A stretch of 64,000 nt of DNA from Hadesarchaea archaeon (GTDB lineage: Archaea > Hadarchaeota > Hadarchaeia > Hadarchaeales > WYZ-LMO6). The stretch is from assembly GCA_029259185.1 (NCBI GenBank), contig JAPDJF010000003.1, forward strand, positions 32,001 through 96,000, written 5' to 3'. How positions within the stretch are numbered: position 1 is the first letter of the stretch; each line of letters opens with the position of its first letter. The translations under genes and the position numbers were made by a program. The notes beneath the pieces were generated by a model. The model was not told the DNA's origin and ran no database searches. It saw nothing but the letters and a program-made list of their open reading frames with translations. Positions 9,517 to 20,143 of this stretch are shown here, one piece after another.

Positions 9517-10437
9517 GTGGAAACCGTAGTGTATCTTTGTATCCTCTTGGCTAGCATCGCGCTGATCTGGAGAGCTGGAGATATTTTTGTAGATTCTGCT
9601 TGTGAGATCGCGCGTGGGTTGGGGATCTCCCGTGCTGTTGTTGGCTTGACGCTCGTAAGCTTCGCCACGACCGCCCCCGAGTTCGCTACTTCGACGATAG
9701 CAACAGCAACGGGAAGCGTGGGGATGGCCTATGGGAATGCCGTGGGGTCGGTCATCACGAACATGGGGCTCATCCTCGCTTTGGCCACCATTCTGTCAAC
9801 GATAAAGATTGAAAAGGGAAGCTCGAAATGGGGGGGAACGATGTTGGGGTTAGGAATCATGGCCGTTTTCATGACGCTGGATTTCGAACTCGCCCGCATT
9901 GAAGCGTCCCTGTTGTTTTTGGTTACCCTGTTGTTCCTGCTCGTCGTGTCGGTGAAAAACAGTGGGGGTGGAGGTGGGAGAGAAAAGGTTTACCTTCCAA
10001 AGGTATTTTCACTATTCGTCTTAGGCGCCGCTGGAGTCGTGGTGGGGAGCAGGCTACTCGTCTTTTCGGGGGTCGAACTCGCATCCTCCTTGGGGGTATC
10101 AGAGGCCGTGATAGGGTTCACGCTCATCGCGTTCGGAACCTCCGTCCCAGAGTTGACTACAGCTTTGATCTCCGTCTCGAAGAAGGTTCCCGAGCTATCG
10201 CTCGGAAACATCTTGGGGGCGAATATAATGGATTTGGGATGGGTACTTGGGGTGGCAGGGATCATAAGTCCACTTACCGTTGAATCAAACACTTTAGCGT
10301 TTGGAAACTCAGTAATGCTTTTGGCCATGGTTATCCTGCTTGTCTCTCTCACACGAAACAAACGATTGGGACGTCTCACCGGGTGCATGCTATTGGGATT
10401 GTACGGGATTTATCTGCTCGGGATGATTATTCTGTAG
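9517..10437 (+). CDS. Ca2+/Na+ antiporter (CaCA family)
   Basis: Alpha repeats ATTAPE..GNAVGS and GTSVPE..GNILGAN. Confidence 0.93.
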   Translation: METVVYLCILLASIALIWRAGDIFVDSACEIARGLGISRAVVGLTLVSFATTAPEFATSTIATATGSVGMAYGNAVGSVITNMGLILALATILSTIKIEKGSSKWGGTMLGLGIMAVFMTLDFELARIEASLLFLVTLLFLLVVSVKNSGGGGGREKVYLPKVFSLFVLGAAGVVVGSRLLVFSGVELASSLGVSEAVIGFTLIAFGTSVPELTTALISVSKKVPELSLGNILGANIMDLGWVLGVAGIISPLTVESNTLAFGNSVMLLAMVILLVSLTRNKRLGRLTGCMLLGLYGIYLLGMIIL

Positions 10438-10456
10438 TCTTTCTCCGAATCTGTAA

Positions 10457-10492
10457 TGTACAAAAGTGTACTACAAAGTATTAAAAAGTACA
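10457..10492. promoter_or_regulatory. Four TRP-box-like sites (TrpY-type operator) upstream of trpE
   Basis: TGTACA-N4-TGTACT-N4-AGTATT-N4-AGTACA in exact 10-bp phase. Confidence 0.75.
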
Positions 10493-10510
10493 ACAAAGAA
10501 AGAAAAGGAG

Positions 10511-11989
10511 ATGAGGGGACTGGGAGAGAGCACGACCGTAGACATGGTAAAAGCGATGGTGGATGAGCTTGAGAGACCTTGTATAGTTCCCATGATAGCA
10601 CGCGTCCAAGGGTACAAGGATCCAGCTAAGGTATACTTTAGCGTCCGTAGGAGATCCTCTGTCTCCTATCTGCTTGAGTCAGCGGAGATAGCTGGAGGGA
10701 CCGCCCGTTATTCCGTCATAGGATATGATCCTCTGTTACATCTCAAAGTCAAGGGGAAAAGATACTTACTCGAAGGGAGAAAGGAGCTGGCAGATATGGG
10801 GAGCAAGAGGGGGGTGGGGGGGGACGCGCTGGAGGTTCTGAAAAGGATGTTTCTTTTCGATGAACTCGAGGTGCCGAGACTGAAGCCGGGGTACTTGGTG
10901 TCCGCGGTCGGATACGTGGGATATGACTACGTGCGTTCTTTCTTGGACCTGGGGGGACGAGCTAAAGACGATTTGGGGCAACCCGAGCTAGAGTTTTCGC
11001 TCCCCGGCAAAGTGATCGTCTTCGATCACGCGCGTGGGGAGACCATCTACTGTGTGAACACACTCCTTTCGGAGAACTCCGATTTCCAAGAAGTCTGTCA
11101 CAGGGGAAAGATCGTATTGAAGGAAATGATGAAGGTGGGTGAAATTGAACCTCAAGAGAAAAGGAGGAAGATCAGGGTGAGGTCTAACCTCACGGCGAGA
11201 GAGTTTGGGAGAGCAGTAGAAATAGCCAAGCAGTACATCCACGAGGGAGATGTCATCCAAGTTGTACTCTCCAGGAGGATTGAGCTAGATCCCGCACCCC
11301 CTCTCGAATCGTTTTACGTTAACCTGCGCAGGATAAATCCTTCTCCGTACATGTTTTTCCTCGATTTTCCTGAGCGAAGCGTGATAGGATCCAGTCCTGA
11401 GGTTCAGGTGAAGCTGGATGGAGAGAGGGTAACGGTTCGCCCTATAGCGGGGACGAGGAGAAGGGGGGCGAATCCAAGCGAGGATGGAAGGCTGGAGCGG
11501 GAACTCCTGATGGATGAAAAAGAGAGAGCGGAGCACGTGATGCTCGTCGATCTCGCGAGGAACGATGTGGGGAAGATATCAAGGTTTGGTTCCGTGAAGG
11601 TTACGGAGTTCATGAGGGTGGAGAAGTACAGCCATGTCCAGCACCTAGTTTCGAACGTTGTAGGAGAACTCTCGCCGGGGAGAGACGCTTTTGACGCTTT
11701 TAAAGCGACCTTTCCGGCCGGGACCGTTACGGGTGCCCCAAAGGTCAGGGCAATGGAAATAATCGAAGAGCTTGAGGGAACGCAGAGGGGAATCTATGCC
11801 GGTGCTGTGGGCTCCTTCAGTTATATAGGGGACATGGACTTCGCCATAGCTATCAGAACTTTGATCGCGGAGCGAGGGAGGGGATACGTACAAGTTGGTG
11901 CGGGTGTGGTCGCGGACTCAGTTGGGTGGAAAGAGCACTATGAAACGAAAAATAAGGCCAAAGCATTGCTCCGTGCGGCGGGGATCTAG
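10511..11989 (+). CDS. trpE: Anthranilate synthase component I
   Basis: YLLESA, NPSPYM, PIAGT, EHVMLVDLARND, TVTGAPKVRAM. Confidence 0.97.
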   Translation: MRGLGESTTVDMVKAMVDELERPCIVPMIARVQGYKDPAKVYFSVRRRSSVSYLLESAEIAGGTARYSVIGYDPLLHLKVKGKRYLLEGRKELADMGSKRGVGGDALEVLKRMFLFDELEVPRLKPGYLVSAVGYVGYDYVRSFLDLGGRAKDDLGQPELEFSLPGKVIVFDHARGETIYCVNTLLSENSDFQEVCHRGKIVLKEMMKVGEIEPQEKRRKIRVRSNLTAREFGRAVEIAKQYIHEGDVIQVVLSRRIELDPAPPLESFYVNLRRINPSPYMFFLDFPERSVIGSSPEVQVKLDGERVTVRPIAGTRRRGANPSEDGRLERELLMDEKERAEHVMLVDLARNDVGKISRFGSVKVTEFMRVEKYSHVQHLVSNVVGELSPGRDAFDAFKATFPAGTVTGAPKVRAMEIIEELEGTQRGIYAGAVGSFSYIGDMDFAIAIRTLIAERGRGYVQVGAGVVADSVGWKEHYETKNKAKALLRAAGI

Positions 11990-12565
11990 ATGCGGGTCGT
12001 CGTCATAGACAATATAGATTCCTTTGTTTACAACCTCGTCCAGTATATTGGTGAACTCGGGGCCAAACCGGTGGTGTTCACCAATCGAGTTCCCATTCGA
12101 GAGATCAAGAAGGCCAAACCCGATCGGATAGTGATCTCCCCGGGGCCTAGGACACCCAAGGACGCAGGGATTTCGGTAGGGGCCGTGCGCGAGTTGGGGG
12201 AGAAGATACCCATCTTGGGTGTGTGTTTGGGACACCAATCCATAGCCTACGCTTTCGGTGCGCGGGTGGTGAAAGCTAAGCGGATAATGCACGGGAAGAC
12301 CTCACGAATAAGGCATGATGGTTGCCCTCTCTTCAAAGGCGTGCCCAACCCATTTGAGGCAACGCGTTATCATTCCCTCGTGGTGGATGGTGGGAGCCTG
12401 CCAGAGTGTCTGCGTGTTACGGCTCTGACCGATGATGAGTATGGGGAGATCATGGGAATAAGGCATGAGAAGTTTCCCGTGTTCGGGGTCCAGTTCCATC
12501 CGGAGTCCATTCTCACTCCAAACGGGAAGACCATCATCAAAAACTTCTTGGAGGTGGAGCCGTGA
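11990..12565 (+). CDS. trpG: Anthranilate synthase component II
   Basis: IDNIDSF, SPGP, GVCLGHQ, QFHPES. Confidence 0.97.
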   Translation: MRVVVIDNIDSFVYNLVQYIGELGAKPVVFTNRVPIREIKKAKPDRIVISPGPRTPKDAGISVGAVRELGEKIPILGVCLGHQSIAYAFGARVVKAKRIMHGKTSRIRHDGCPLFKGVPNPFEATRYHSLVVDGGSLPECLRVTALTDDEYGEIMGIRHEKFPVFGVQFHPESILTPNGKTIIKNFLEVEP

Positions 12566-13632
12566 ATCCAATCCAGCTTGCCATCCGAAAGCTCGTGGAA
12601 AGAGTTAACCTCACTGGAGGAGAGGCCAAAGAGGCGATGAAACAAATAATGTCGGGCGAAGCAACGCCAGCCCAGATAGGAGCATTTCTCACGGCACTGA
12701 GGATGAAAGGGGAGACCGTGGAGGAGATCGCAGCTTTTGCAAGCGTTATGAGAGAATTCGCTTACAGGATAAGTCCGAGGATCAGAGATGAACTCGTTGA
12801 CACATGCGGAACGGGAGGGGATAAGATTAAAACTTTTAATGTGAGTACTGCTGCAGCCTTCGTAGCCGCAGGGGCTGAGGTGTTCATAGCGAAGCACGGA
12901 AACCGATCGGTGACGAGCAGAGCGGGTAGTGCTGATGTGGTTGAAGTCCTTGGAATCAAGCTCGACCTCCCGCCCGAGAGGGTTCAGAGGTGTATTGAGG
13001 AGGTAGGGATAGGGTTCCTCTTCGCCCCCCAGTTTCACAGAGCTATGGGTCACGCAATCGGTCCCCGGAAGGAAATGGGCATACGTACGGTCTTCAATAT
13101 CTTGGGTCCTTTAACGAACCCGGCACGCTGTAGTGCCCAACTCGTGGGTGTTTATGATCCTTCTCTTACCGAAAAGCTCGCAGAAGTCCTCGCGAGGCTC
13201 GGGTGTAAGCGCGCGATGGTGGTTTCGGGGGTTGATGGTATAGACGAACTCTCGACCTTGGGTGAGACGAGGGTCTCGGAGGTGAGGGATGGCAGAGTTT
13301 TCACCTATACGGTGAGCCCAGAGGATTTCGGAATCGAGAGGACTATCCCCGCGAATATCGCGGGAATGGATCCTGAGCGTAATGCGAGGATCTTACTCAA
13401 AATTCTACGTGGAGAAAGAGGGCCGAGGAGGGATATAGTGGTGCTCAATGCCGGTGCAGCCATAACCGTGAGTGGGAAAACGGAGGATCTGAGAGATGGG
13501 ATAGAGATGGCGAATGAAGCCATAGATTCGGGTAAGGCCTATCGAAAACTCCTCCAATTGGTGGAAGCCACGGGCGGTGATCCTCAGACGATCAAAACAC
13601 TGGAGGAGGGGTTAGATGAACGTGCTAGATGA
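12562..13632 (+). CDS. trpD: Anthranilate phosphoribosyltransferase
   Basis: DTCGTGGD, KHGNRS, GPLTNP. Confidence 0.97.
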   Translation: MNPIQLAIRKLVERVNLTGGEAKEAMKQIMSGEATPAQIGAFLTALRMKGETVEEIAAFASVMREFAYRISPRIRDELVDTCGTGGDKIKTFNVSTAAAFVAAGAEVFIAKHGNRSVTSRAGSADVVEVLGIKLDLPPERVQRCIEEVGIGFLFAPQFHRAMGHAIGPRKEMGIRTVFNILGPLTNPARCSAQLVGVYDPSLTEKLAEVLARLGCKRAMVVSGVDGIDELSTLGETRVSEVRDGRVFTYTVSPEDFGIERTIPANIAGMDPERNARILLKILRGERGPRRDIVVLNAGAAITVSGKTEDLRDGIEMANEAIDSGKAYRKLLQLVEATGGDPQTIKTLEEGLDERAR

Positions 13633-14380
13633 GATAGTGAGAAAGGTTAGAGCGAGGACCAAGGAACTGGCCGAGGCAAGACCCATCTCTTCGATGAATA
13701 TTCCGAAGTATAAGAGGCGTAGCTTGGTCTCGGCGATAGAGAAAGCTTGGAAGGTAGCCCTTATAGGGGAGATAAAGAGGGCCTCTCCTTCTGCTGGAGT
13801 TATACGTTCAGGAGTCGATGTGGTCGATGTGGGGCTCGCCATCGAGAGAGGTGGCGGAACTGCGATTTCGGTGCTTACCGAGCCGGAGTACTTCATGGGG
13901 GATTTGTCCTCGATCAAGCTCTTGAAGAATGTGGTGAGGGTTCCGATACTCCGTAAAGATTTCATCGTGGAGGAGTATCAGCTTTACGAATCCGCTGAAG
14001 CTCAAGCTGATGCCGTGCTCCTCATAGTTAAGATCTTGGGGAAAAGATTGCCTAGATTTCTTGAACTCACTCACGAGCTAGGAATGGAAGGACTCGTAGA
14101 AGTCACCACCGAAGAGGAGTTGGATCTTGCTCTCTCGGCTGGAGCTGAACTCATTGGAATCAACAACAGGGACTTAAGCACTTTTGAGGTGAATGTGGAG
14201 CGAACTCTCGAACTTGCCCCATTAGTTCCTGAAGAAGTGGTCCTAGTAAGCGAGAGTGGCATCAGGTCTCGTGAAGATGTGGAAAGGGTCGTGAATGCGG
14301 GCGTCGATGCCGTGCTCGTGGGGACCTCTCTGATGCGGGCTAAAAACATTGAGAAAAAGGTGAGATCCCTACTAGGGTGA
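13616..14380 (+). CDS. trpC: Indole-3-glycerol phosphate synthase
   Basis: EIKRASPS, LRKDF, GINNRDL, SESGI. Confidence 0.97.
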   Translation: MNVLDEIVRKVRARTKELAEARPISSMNIPKYKRRSLVSAIEKAWKVALIGEIKRASPSAGVIRSGVDVVDVGLAIERGGGTAISVLTEPEYFMGDLSSIKLLKNVVRVPILRKDFIVEEYQLYESAEAQADAVLLIVKILGKRLPRFLELTHELGMEGLVEVTTEEELDLALSAGAELIGINNRDLSTFEVNVERTLELAPLVPEEVVLVSESGIRSREDVERVVNAGVDAVLVGTSLMRAKNIEKKVRSLLG

Positions 14381-14384
14381 AGAT

Positions 14385-15032
14385 GTGGTGAAAGTCAAAA
14401 TATGTGGGTTCAAAAGGGAGAGAGACGTGAGGGCGGCATGTAATATGGGGGTTGATATGATAGGCATAAATCTCGTGCTTGGGTCCCCTAGACGTGTAAC
14501 ACTAGGAACGGCGAAGAAGCTTTTCGAGGTAGTCCCGAGGGAAGTAAAAAAGGTTGCCGTGCTTAGACCTAGAGAGCCCTGGGAAATAGAGAAAGTTTCT
14601 GTGAGACTCAAGCCGGATGTCCTTCAAATTAATCCGCAGTTCTCCCTCTCCAAGCTAATGGGGGTGAAGATGGGGGGTGGGGAAGAGCTGATTCTCACTA
14701 TTTCGATTCCATCCAGCGGAGTGAATCGTGGGGAGGTGATTAGAAAAGCTCTCGAGGCTAGTAGGATAGCGGACTACATACTGCTTGATACGAGAGGACC
14801 AATTGGAGGTGGCACCGGGTTGCCTCACGACTGGACACTGAGTGGAGAGATACGGAAGATGTTGAAGAAACCGGTTTTCTTGGCCGGGGGACTCACACAT
14901 TCCAATGTACGGAAGGCGATCGAAATCGTCCGACCTTACGGAGTGGATGTGGCGAGCGGGGTCGAATCCAAGCCCGGAATAAAAGATCCAGAACTCATGT
15001 ATAAATTCGTGAAGGCCGTGAGGAGTCCATGA
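14385..15032 (+). CDS. trpF: Phosphoribosylanthranilate isomerase
   Basis: VKICG, GGTG, LAGGL, GVDVASGVE. Confidence 0.96.
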   Translation: MVKVKICGFKRERDVRAACNMGVDMIGINLVLGSPRRVTLGTAKKLFEVVPREVKKVAVLRPREPWEIEKVSVRLKPDVLQINPQFSLSKLMGVKMGGGEELILTISIPSSGVNRGEVIRKALEASRIADYILLDTRGPIGGGTGLPHDWTLSGEIRKMLKKPVFLAGGLTHSNVRKAIEIVRPYGVDVASGVESKPGIKDPELMYKFVKAVRSP

Positions 15033-15134
15033 TGTTAATATCCTCTGTCCCTCCGAAGTTCAGCGGTACCAGCTTCGAGATCAGAAGATCGCGAGCGAGT
15101 ACTAGCTCTCCTCCGAGGCTCGACTTAGAATTGG

Positions 15135-16370
15135 GTGAGGAGGGATGATGTGTCCTCGCGAACGATAAACTGGGCGCGACTTACGAGGAGATATCCGGAT
15201 CATCGTGGATACTTTGGGCCCTATGGTGGAAAATTCGTACCGGAGACCTTAATGTCAGCTCTTGAGGAACTCGAGAGATACTACTTGAAGATCAAAAAAA
15301 GCAAAAGGTTTCAGCGAGAACTTCAAGCGTTGCTGAGGGAGTATGGGGGCAGGCCTACTCCTCTCTACCATGCTAAGAGGTTAAGCGAACTGATCGGTTC
15401 CAAACTGTACTTGAAAAGGGAAGACCTGTTGTTCGGCGGTGCACATAAACTCAACAACACGCTAGGGCAAGCGCTTCTGGCCAAATATATGGGGAAGAAG
15501 CGCATAGTCGCGGAGACCGGGGCGGGACAACACGGGGTCGCCACCGCCACGGCCGCTGCCATGCTCGGTTTGGAGTGTGATATCTATATGGGTGTCACGG
15601 ACATGGAGCGACAGAAACTTAACGTGTTCCGGATGCGGTTGCTGGGGGCCAGGGTGATCCCGGTCAAGAGCGGTTCCCGCACCCTGAAGGATGCCATAAA
15701 TGAAGCTCTTCGGGATTGGACGACGAACGTCGAGACCACCCACTATTTGCTCGGCTCCGTGGTCGGACCTCACCCTTATCCGATGATCGTGAGAGATTTT
15801 CAGCGGGTAATCGGTCGGGAGACCAAGAAACAGATTCTAAAGCATGAAGGGCGACTACCAGATGCAATCGTAGCCTGTGTTGGTGGGGGGAGCAACGCCA
15901 TCGGGATATTCTATGATTTTCTAGATGACCCTGTTCAACTCTTCGGTATCGAGGCTGGAGGAGAGGGGCTTGAAACAAACATGCATGCCGCTCCTCTCTG
16001 TGCCGGTTCTGAAGGTGTTCTTCATGGGTCACGGAGCTACGTTATGCAGGATCGATTCGGACAGATTCTCCAGACCCACAGCATCGCTGCTGGGTTAGAC
16101 TATCCAGGTGTAGGACCGGAGCACGCTTTTCTGAAGCTTCGGGGGAGGGTGAAGTATGACTACGTTACGGATGGGGAGGCCTTAGAAGCGTTTAGGATCG
16201 TATCGAAAACCGAAGGGATCATCCCTGCCCTTGAGTCGGCCCACGCGATAGCCTACCTGAGGAAGAGAGCCTCCAAATTCAGGGGCAAGCTTGTGGTAGT
16301 TAACCTCTCGGGGAGGGGGGATAAGGATGTGGAACTTGTGGCGAAAACTTTGGGGGGATCTAAGGATTGA
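15135..16370 (+). CDS. trpB: Tryptophan synthase beta (TrpB1)
   Basis: [35 protein letters not shown]. Confidence 0.97.
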   Translation: MRRDDVSSRTINWARLTRRYPDHRGYFGPYGGKFVPETLMSALEELERYYLKIKKSKRFQRELQALLREYGGRPTPLYHAKRLSELIGSKLYLKREDLLFGGAHKLNNTLGQALLAKYMGKKRIVAETGAGQHGVATATAAAMLGLECDIYMGVTDMERQKLNVFRMRLLGARVIPVKSGSRTLKDAINEALRDWTTNVETTHYLLGSVVGPHPYPMIVRDFQRVIGRETKKQILKHEGRLPDAIVACVGGGSNAIGIFYDFLDDPVQLFGIEAGGEGLETNMHAAPLCAGSEGVLHGSRSYVMQDRFGQILQTHSIAAGLDYPGVGPEHAFLKLRGRVKYDYVTDGEALEAFRIVSKTEGIIPALESAHAIAYLRKRASKFRGKLVVVNLSGRGDKDVELVAKTLGGSKD

Positions 16371-17182
16371 GTCGAATAGCGGAAAAATTTGAGGAACTCC
16401 GGAGAAGAGGAGAGGGTGCGCTCATAGCATTCATCACCGCGGGGGATCCGGCACCAGAAATAACCCCTTCGATCGTTCAGGTGTTAGCTAAACATGCTGA
16501 TGTTGTGGAGTTGGGGTTGCCTTTTTCCGATCCCATAGCGGATGGACCAACTATCCAAGAAGCCACGGATAGAGCCCTGAGAGCCGGGACAGACACCGAT
16601 ACGGTGCTCGAGATCGTTAAGGAAATCCGAGAAGGGAGCGATGTGCCACTTGTGATTCTCACGTATTTCAACCCAGTACTACAATTCGGTATCCGGGAAT
16701 TCTTAAGCAGGTTAGCTCACATGGGGGGCGATGGGATAATCGTGCCCGACCTCCCCATAGACGAGTCCGGAGAGTTTAGGAAGATCGCGAGGGAGGTGGG
16801 AATCGATACCATTCAACTCGTGGCACCCACCACTCCACCTTCGCGCGTGAAGACTATATGTGAAAGATCGAGTGGCTTCGTGTACGTGGTGTCCTTGTTG
16901 GGTGTCACGGGGCCGAGAGAAAGGCTCTCTGAACTCGTGAGGCCGACGATCAAGAAGGTAAAGAGGCTTTCGAAAATACCAATAGCTGTGGGGTTCGGTA
17001 TCTCAAAACCTGAGCACGTGAGGGCCGTGCTGGACGCTGGAGCGGATGGAGCTATAGTGGGCAGCGCGTTCGTTAAACTCATCAAGGAGAATCTCAGCGA
17101 TGTCGGAAAAATGTTGGAGGAGCTGGAAACCTTTAGTGCGGACCTGAAGAGGGCAACGAAGAAGTTGGCAAAGTTTAAATGA
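16367..17182 (+). CDS. trpA: Tryptophan synthase alpha
   Basis: [26 protein letters not shown]. Confidence 0.97.
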   Translation: MSRIAEKFEELRRRGEGALIAFITAGDPAPEITPSIVQVLAKHADVVELGLPFSDPIADGPTIQEATDRALRAGTDTDTVLEIVKEIREGSDVPLVILTYFNPVLQFGIREFLSRLAHMGGDGIIVPDLPIDESGEFRKIAREVGIDTIQLVAPTTPPSRVKTICERSSGFVYVVSLLGVTGPRERLSELVRPTIKKVKRLSKIPIAVGFGISKPEHVRAVLDAGADGAIVGSAFVKLIKENLSDVGKMLEELETFSADLKRATKKLAKFK

Positions 17183-17226
17183 ATAAATATAAGTGTAGAG
17201 AGGACATATCACGGATGACTGAATAG

Positions 17227-17787
17227 GTGGTTTTCACGAAGGAGGGAGTACTCAAACTGTCTTTGACCGCACTTTCGATAATCCTTTGGATTGCACCTCT
17301 TATCGCCGCCTTCGGGGCGAGTGGATGGGACCTGCAGACCACGCTCGCACCCCGAGAAGACATCGAATCCCTAACGAGCAGGACTGAGAGCATCGTCACC
17401 AGCCTCGAGGATGTGAGGAATTCCATCGAGAACGCTTGGGTTGGGTGGACGGATGAGCTAACCTTAGAGGTCAAGATCTCCCTAAGCGTACCGGAGGGAA
17501 ATGTGAGGATAGATAACTTCTCGGCTAATGCGTATTGTGCTACACACGATGTATTCCTGGGGACGATCAAACTTCAAGCCCCCGTTGAACTTTCTCCTGA
17601 GACGAGCGGGGAGGTGGCCATAGTTTTAACACTGACACGAGAGGGCAAGGCCCACATCGACTCCGCACACGGTGGAGAAAACTCGTTGGAGATCAGAATT
17701 GAAAACTTGCAAGTAGCGATCTACGGTATTAAGGTCTCTATCGGAGAGTCATTAGTGGTTACAATTCCACTGGGGGAGACGGTATGA
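17227..17787 (+). CDS. Membrane-anchored hypothetical protein (possibly LEA_2-like beta domain)
   Basis: N-terminal TM helix and beta-rich C-terminal part. Confidence 0.6.
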   Translation: MVFTKEGVLKLSLTALSIILWIAPLIAAFGASGWDLQTTLAPREDIESLTSRTESIVTSLEDVRNSIENAWVGWTDELTLEVKISLSVPEGNVRIDNFSANAYCATHDVFLGTIKLQAPVELSPETSGEVAIVLTLTREGKAHIDSAHGGENSLEIRIENLQVAIYGIKVSIGESLVVTIPLGETV

Positions 17788-18389
17788 ACATGGATCTTGT
17801 CAAAGGGATAAACTGGTTCGGGGTCGCAGGAGGGGTTCTAATGCTTATCCTCCCCTTTTCAGGACCGTGGTGGCAAGCTCACGCGGGGGATGGAATGATG
17901 GATTTATCCTTCTCACCTTTCGATCTCCATTTGTCTATCCTCGACCAATCCATGGAGTCTCCTCTCGTGAACTACGCCCTTCTGGCTGCGAAGCTTACGG
18001 TTCTGGTGGGGGGGCTCCTGCTGGTACTCGGGTCTATTTTCACCGGTCGGTGGTGGTCTAAGCATTTAATGAAGTTTGGTGCTACCAAGGTATTTTGGAT
18101 GGTGGTGGGGATGGTGTTGCTTCTCGTGATGGGAGCGTTCTTAGCGAATAGATTCCTTCCGACCTTGGTTTCCTCCATAGTCAAAGAGGGAAACATCGAC
18201 ATCGATGTGGAAATCCCTTACCTCAGCGGCGAGAGCAGCGGCATAACCGTGCAGGCGGGTTCCACCGCAGTAAACGTTCCCATCACAACCTTTTTGACCT
18301 CTAGGTTCTGGATCGCCACCGTCGTGGGATTTCTCGGAATAGCCGCCCGCGTTTATCATCGGAAGTTCACCCACCAAAGTATGGGGTGA
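17784..18389 (+). CDS. Hypothetical membrane protein (about 4 TM)
   Basis: Hydrophobic segments; ATGA overlap with the previous gene. Confidence 0.7.
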   Translation: MNMDLVKGINWFGVAGGVLMLILPFSGPWWQAHAGDGMMDLSFSPFDLHLSILDQSMESPLVNYALLAAKLTVLVGGLLLVLGSIFTGRWWSKHLMKFGATKVFWMVVGMVLLLVMGAFLANRFLPTLVSSIVKEGNIDIDVEIPYLSGESSGITVQAGSTAVNVPITTFLTSRFWIATVVGFLGIAARVYHRKFTHQSMG

Positions 18390-18423
18390 ATTCGACCTGG
18401 GAAAATTGATGATGAAGCTTTAG

Positions 18424-18605
18424 AACGGAATCGAGCGAGAAACCCCGCACTTTAGCGTGGGGTGAATGCGTGCCGAGGTCCGATTCCGCAATAGCTAACG
18501 GCCCGAGCGAACACCTGGAGATCAATACCTCCGTAACCCCCTTCCATGGGTGATCGAGCCTAGTCGTCGAGGAGGAAGCCCCGCTTCAGCGGTGCGGTAG
18601 TCCAC
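18424..18605 (+). mobile_element. Non-autonomous IS200/IS605 derivative A (ORF-less)
   Basis: Follows TTTAG; LE hairpin CCCCGC..GTGGGG; ends GAAGCCCC..GGTAGTCCAC; homologous to reverse complement of 31360-31544. Confidence 0.85.
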
Positions 18606-18724
18606 TGTCTTAGTAACCTCAAACCCGTACCTCGAACGAGTGGGCCCCCCGGATTTTGGGTATACCGGAAAATGGGCCTTAGATTTGACCACAAGTATTT
18701 AAAAGGTCTTGAGGAAGAGGGAAG

Positions 18725-19090
18725 ATGGAAGAGCTATCGAGGAACTTAGAAGCCGAACTTAAAGAGGAGCTGTCCAGGGTCATCAAGACCGAACTCCAGC
18801 AGAGTTTGGCCGAGGAACTCAAGCGCATGATGGAATCCAACTTGAAACAAGTTATCGCAGAAAGCCTCGATAAATTGAAAATGAACGAACTTAAGGTTTC
18901 GATCGTCCAGAAGATCAAGAAAAAAATAGAGGGGAGGCTGGATCAGCTCATCGAGGAGGTGCTAGATCGGACTACCCCCCAAGACATAAGCCGAGCGCTC
19001 CTCTCAGCGCTGAGCATGAGCATCGAGGAGGTCAAAAAGGTGCTTGAGGGAGTGGGAGCCGAAAAAACTGGAGAAAACTCCAATCCGTAG
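18725..19090 (+). CDS. Coiled-coil hypothetical protein
   Basis: E/K/L-rich heptads; TATTTAAAA about 25 nt upstream. Confidence 0.7.
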   Translation: MEELSRNLEAELKEELSRVIKTELQQSLAEELKRMMESNLKQVIAESLDKLKMNELKVSIVQKIKKKIEGRLDQLIEEVLDRTTPQDISRALLSALSMSIEEVKKVLEGVGAEKTGENSNP

Positions 19091-19092
19091 AG

Positions 19093-20106
19093 GTGGAAGC
19101 GATGGGGATACTCGAATCGATTGAACTACTTAAATCCAAGTTCGGTGGTGAGTTCGATAAGGGAAAGATTTCGGTCGTTCTCCGGCCCTTAGAAGAGAAG
19201 CCTTCTGAGGTGGGTGGAGCGGAGATCACCCGGGAGATCTCAGCAGGTGAAGCCAAGCCCACGGGAGACCTATCTCAAGTTGGGGGGAAAACCCGTCACA
19301 TGTTTCCTAAGTGGGATAACTTGGTTGAGAAATGGAACTCCGTAGCCCTTGCGATAGGGTTGGGGTTTTTGAATCTCTGGAACAAAAAACACTGGGTGTT
19401 TCCGATTCTCTTGTTCGGATGTGGTATAGCACTGTGGTATCAGAGCGTTTCATCCTCTCTCCTCTCATTCACCCTTTGTATAACGGTGCTTCTCACGACC
19501 CTTGTCTTGGCTTTCGTTGGGCTTGTGGTAATGGATCAGATCCAGCGGGATATCGCCTCCACCGGAAGGATAGTAACCCAAACGCTGGTCGGCATCGTGA
19601 TGATAGTTGGGTTCCTCCTCTACTTGGACCTCTCCATAGGAGGTTTCCTCCCGGCACCCCCTCTGGTGCTGTTGATAGGGGTGATGTGGGCTATTCCACT
19701 CGTTCCCTATGTCACGCTAGCAATACTCCTTCCCCCCTTGCTTGGGAGTATCCCTAGGTTCAAACCTAAATGGAACGCGTTGAGGGGAAAGTATCCATTT
19801 TGGGGGATATATTGTGCAGTACTTGGGGGATTGCTCATCCTGTACGTTCCACTAAAATTCTTTCCACTTTACATGTACTCCTCTCTAGTCTTCTGGGGGA
19901 TGTTTTTGGGGAGTTCCACTTTAGCTTTGGCGGCTATCCTAGCTATGTTTCCACGAAAGGATTCCACTAAGGTGACTGGTCTGTTCTTGGTCATCTTGGC
20001 TGCGCTTTCATGGGTAGGGACGCTAGGAGGTGTTATACTGGGATCCATCCTCTGCGTGGTGGGGGGAGCCCATGCGTATGCATGGACTCCAACTTCAAGG
20101 TCATAG
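19093..20106 (+). CDS. Membrane protein with C-terminal DUF6114-like domain
   Basis: RGKYPFWG...ILYVP...LGGVILGSILCVVGGAHAYAWTP resembles the DUF6114 pattern. Confidence 0.65.
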   Translation: MEAMGILESIELLKSKFGGEFDKGKISVVLRPLEEKPSEVGGAEITREISAGEAKPTGDLSQVGGKTRHMFPKWDNLVEKWNSVALAIGLGFLNLWNKKHWVFPILLFGCGIALWYQSVSSSLLSFTLCITVLLTTLVLAFVGLVVMDQIQRDIASTGRIVTQTLVGIVMIVGFLLYLDLSIGGFLPAPPLVLLIGVMWAIPLVPYVTLAILLPPLLGSIPRFKPKWNALRGKYPFWGIYCAVLGGLLILYVPLKFFPLYMYSSLVFWGMFLGSSTLALAAILAMFPRKDSTKVTGLFLVILAALSWVGTLGGVILGSILCVVGGAHAYAWTPTSRS

Positions 20107-20143
20107 GAGGGCCTATGACAAAAAACGAAGGAGGGAGTAAAGA

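Noticed and set aside
15029-15148. Short ORF between trpF and trpB as an attenuator leader
   Set aside because: No Trp codons and no terminator-like structure seen
6797-18389. AAGTATGGGGTGA shared by the ends of secD and the 17784 gene
   Set aside because: 13-nt match containing the common GGTGA RBS/stop motif; likely chance
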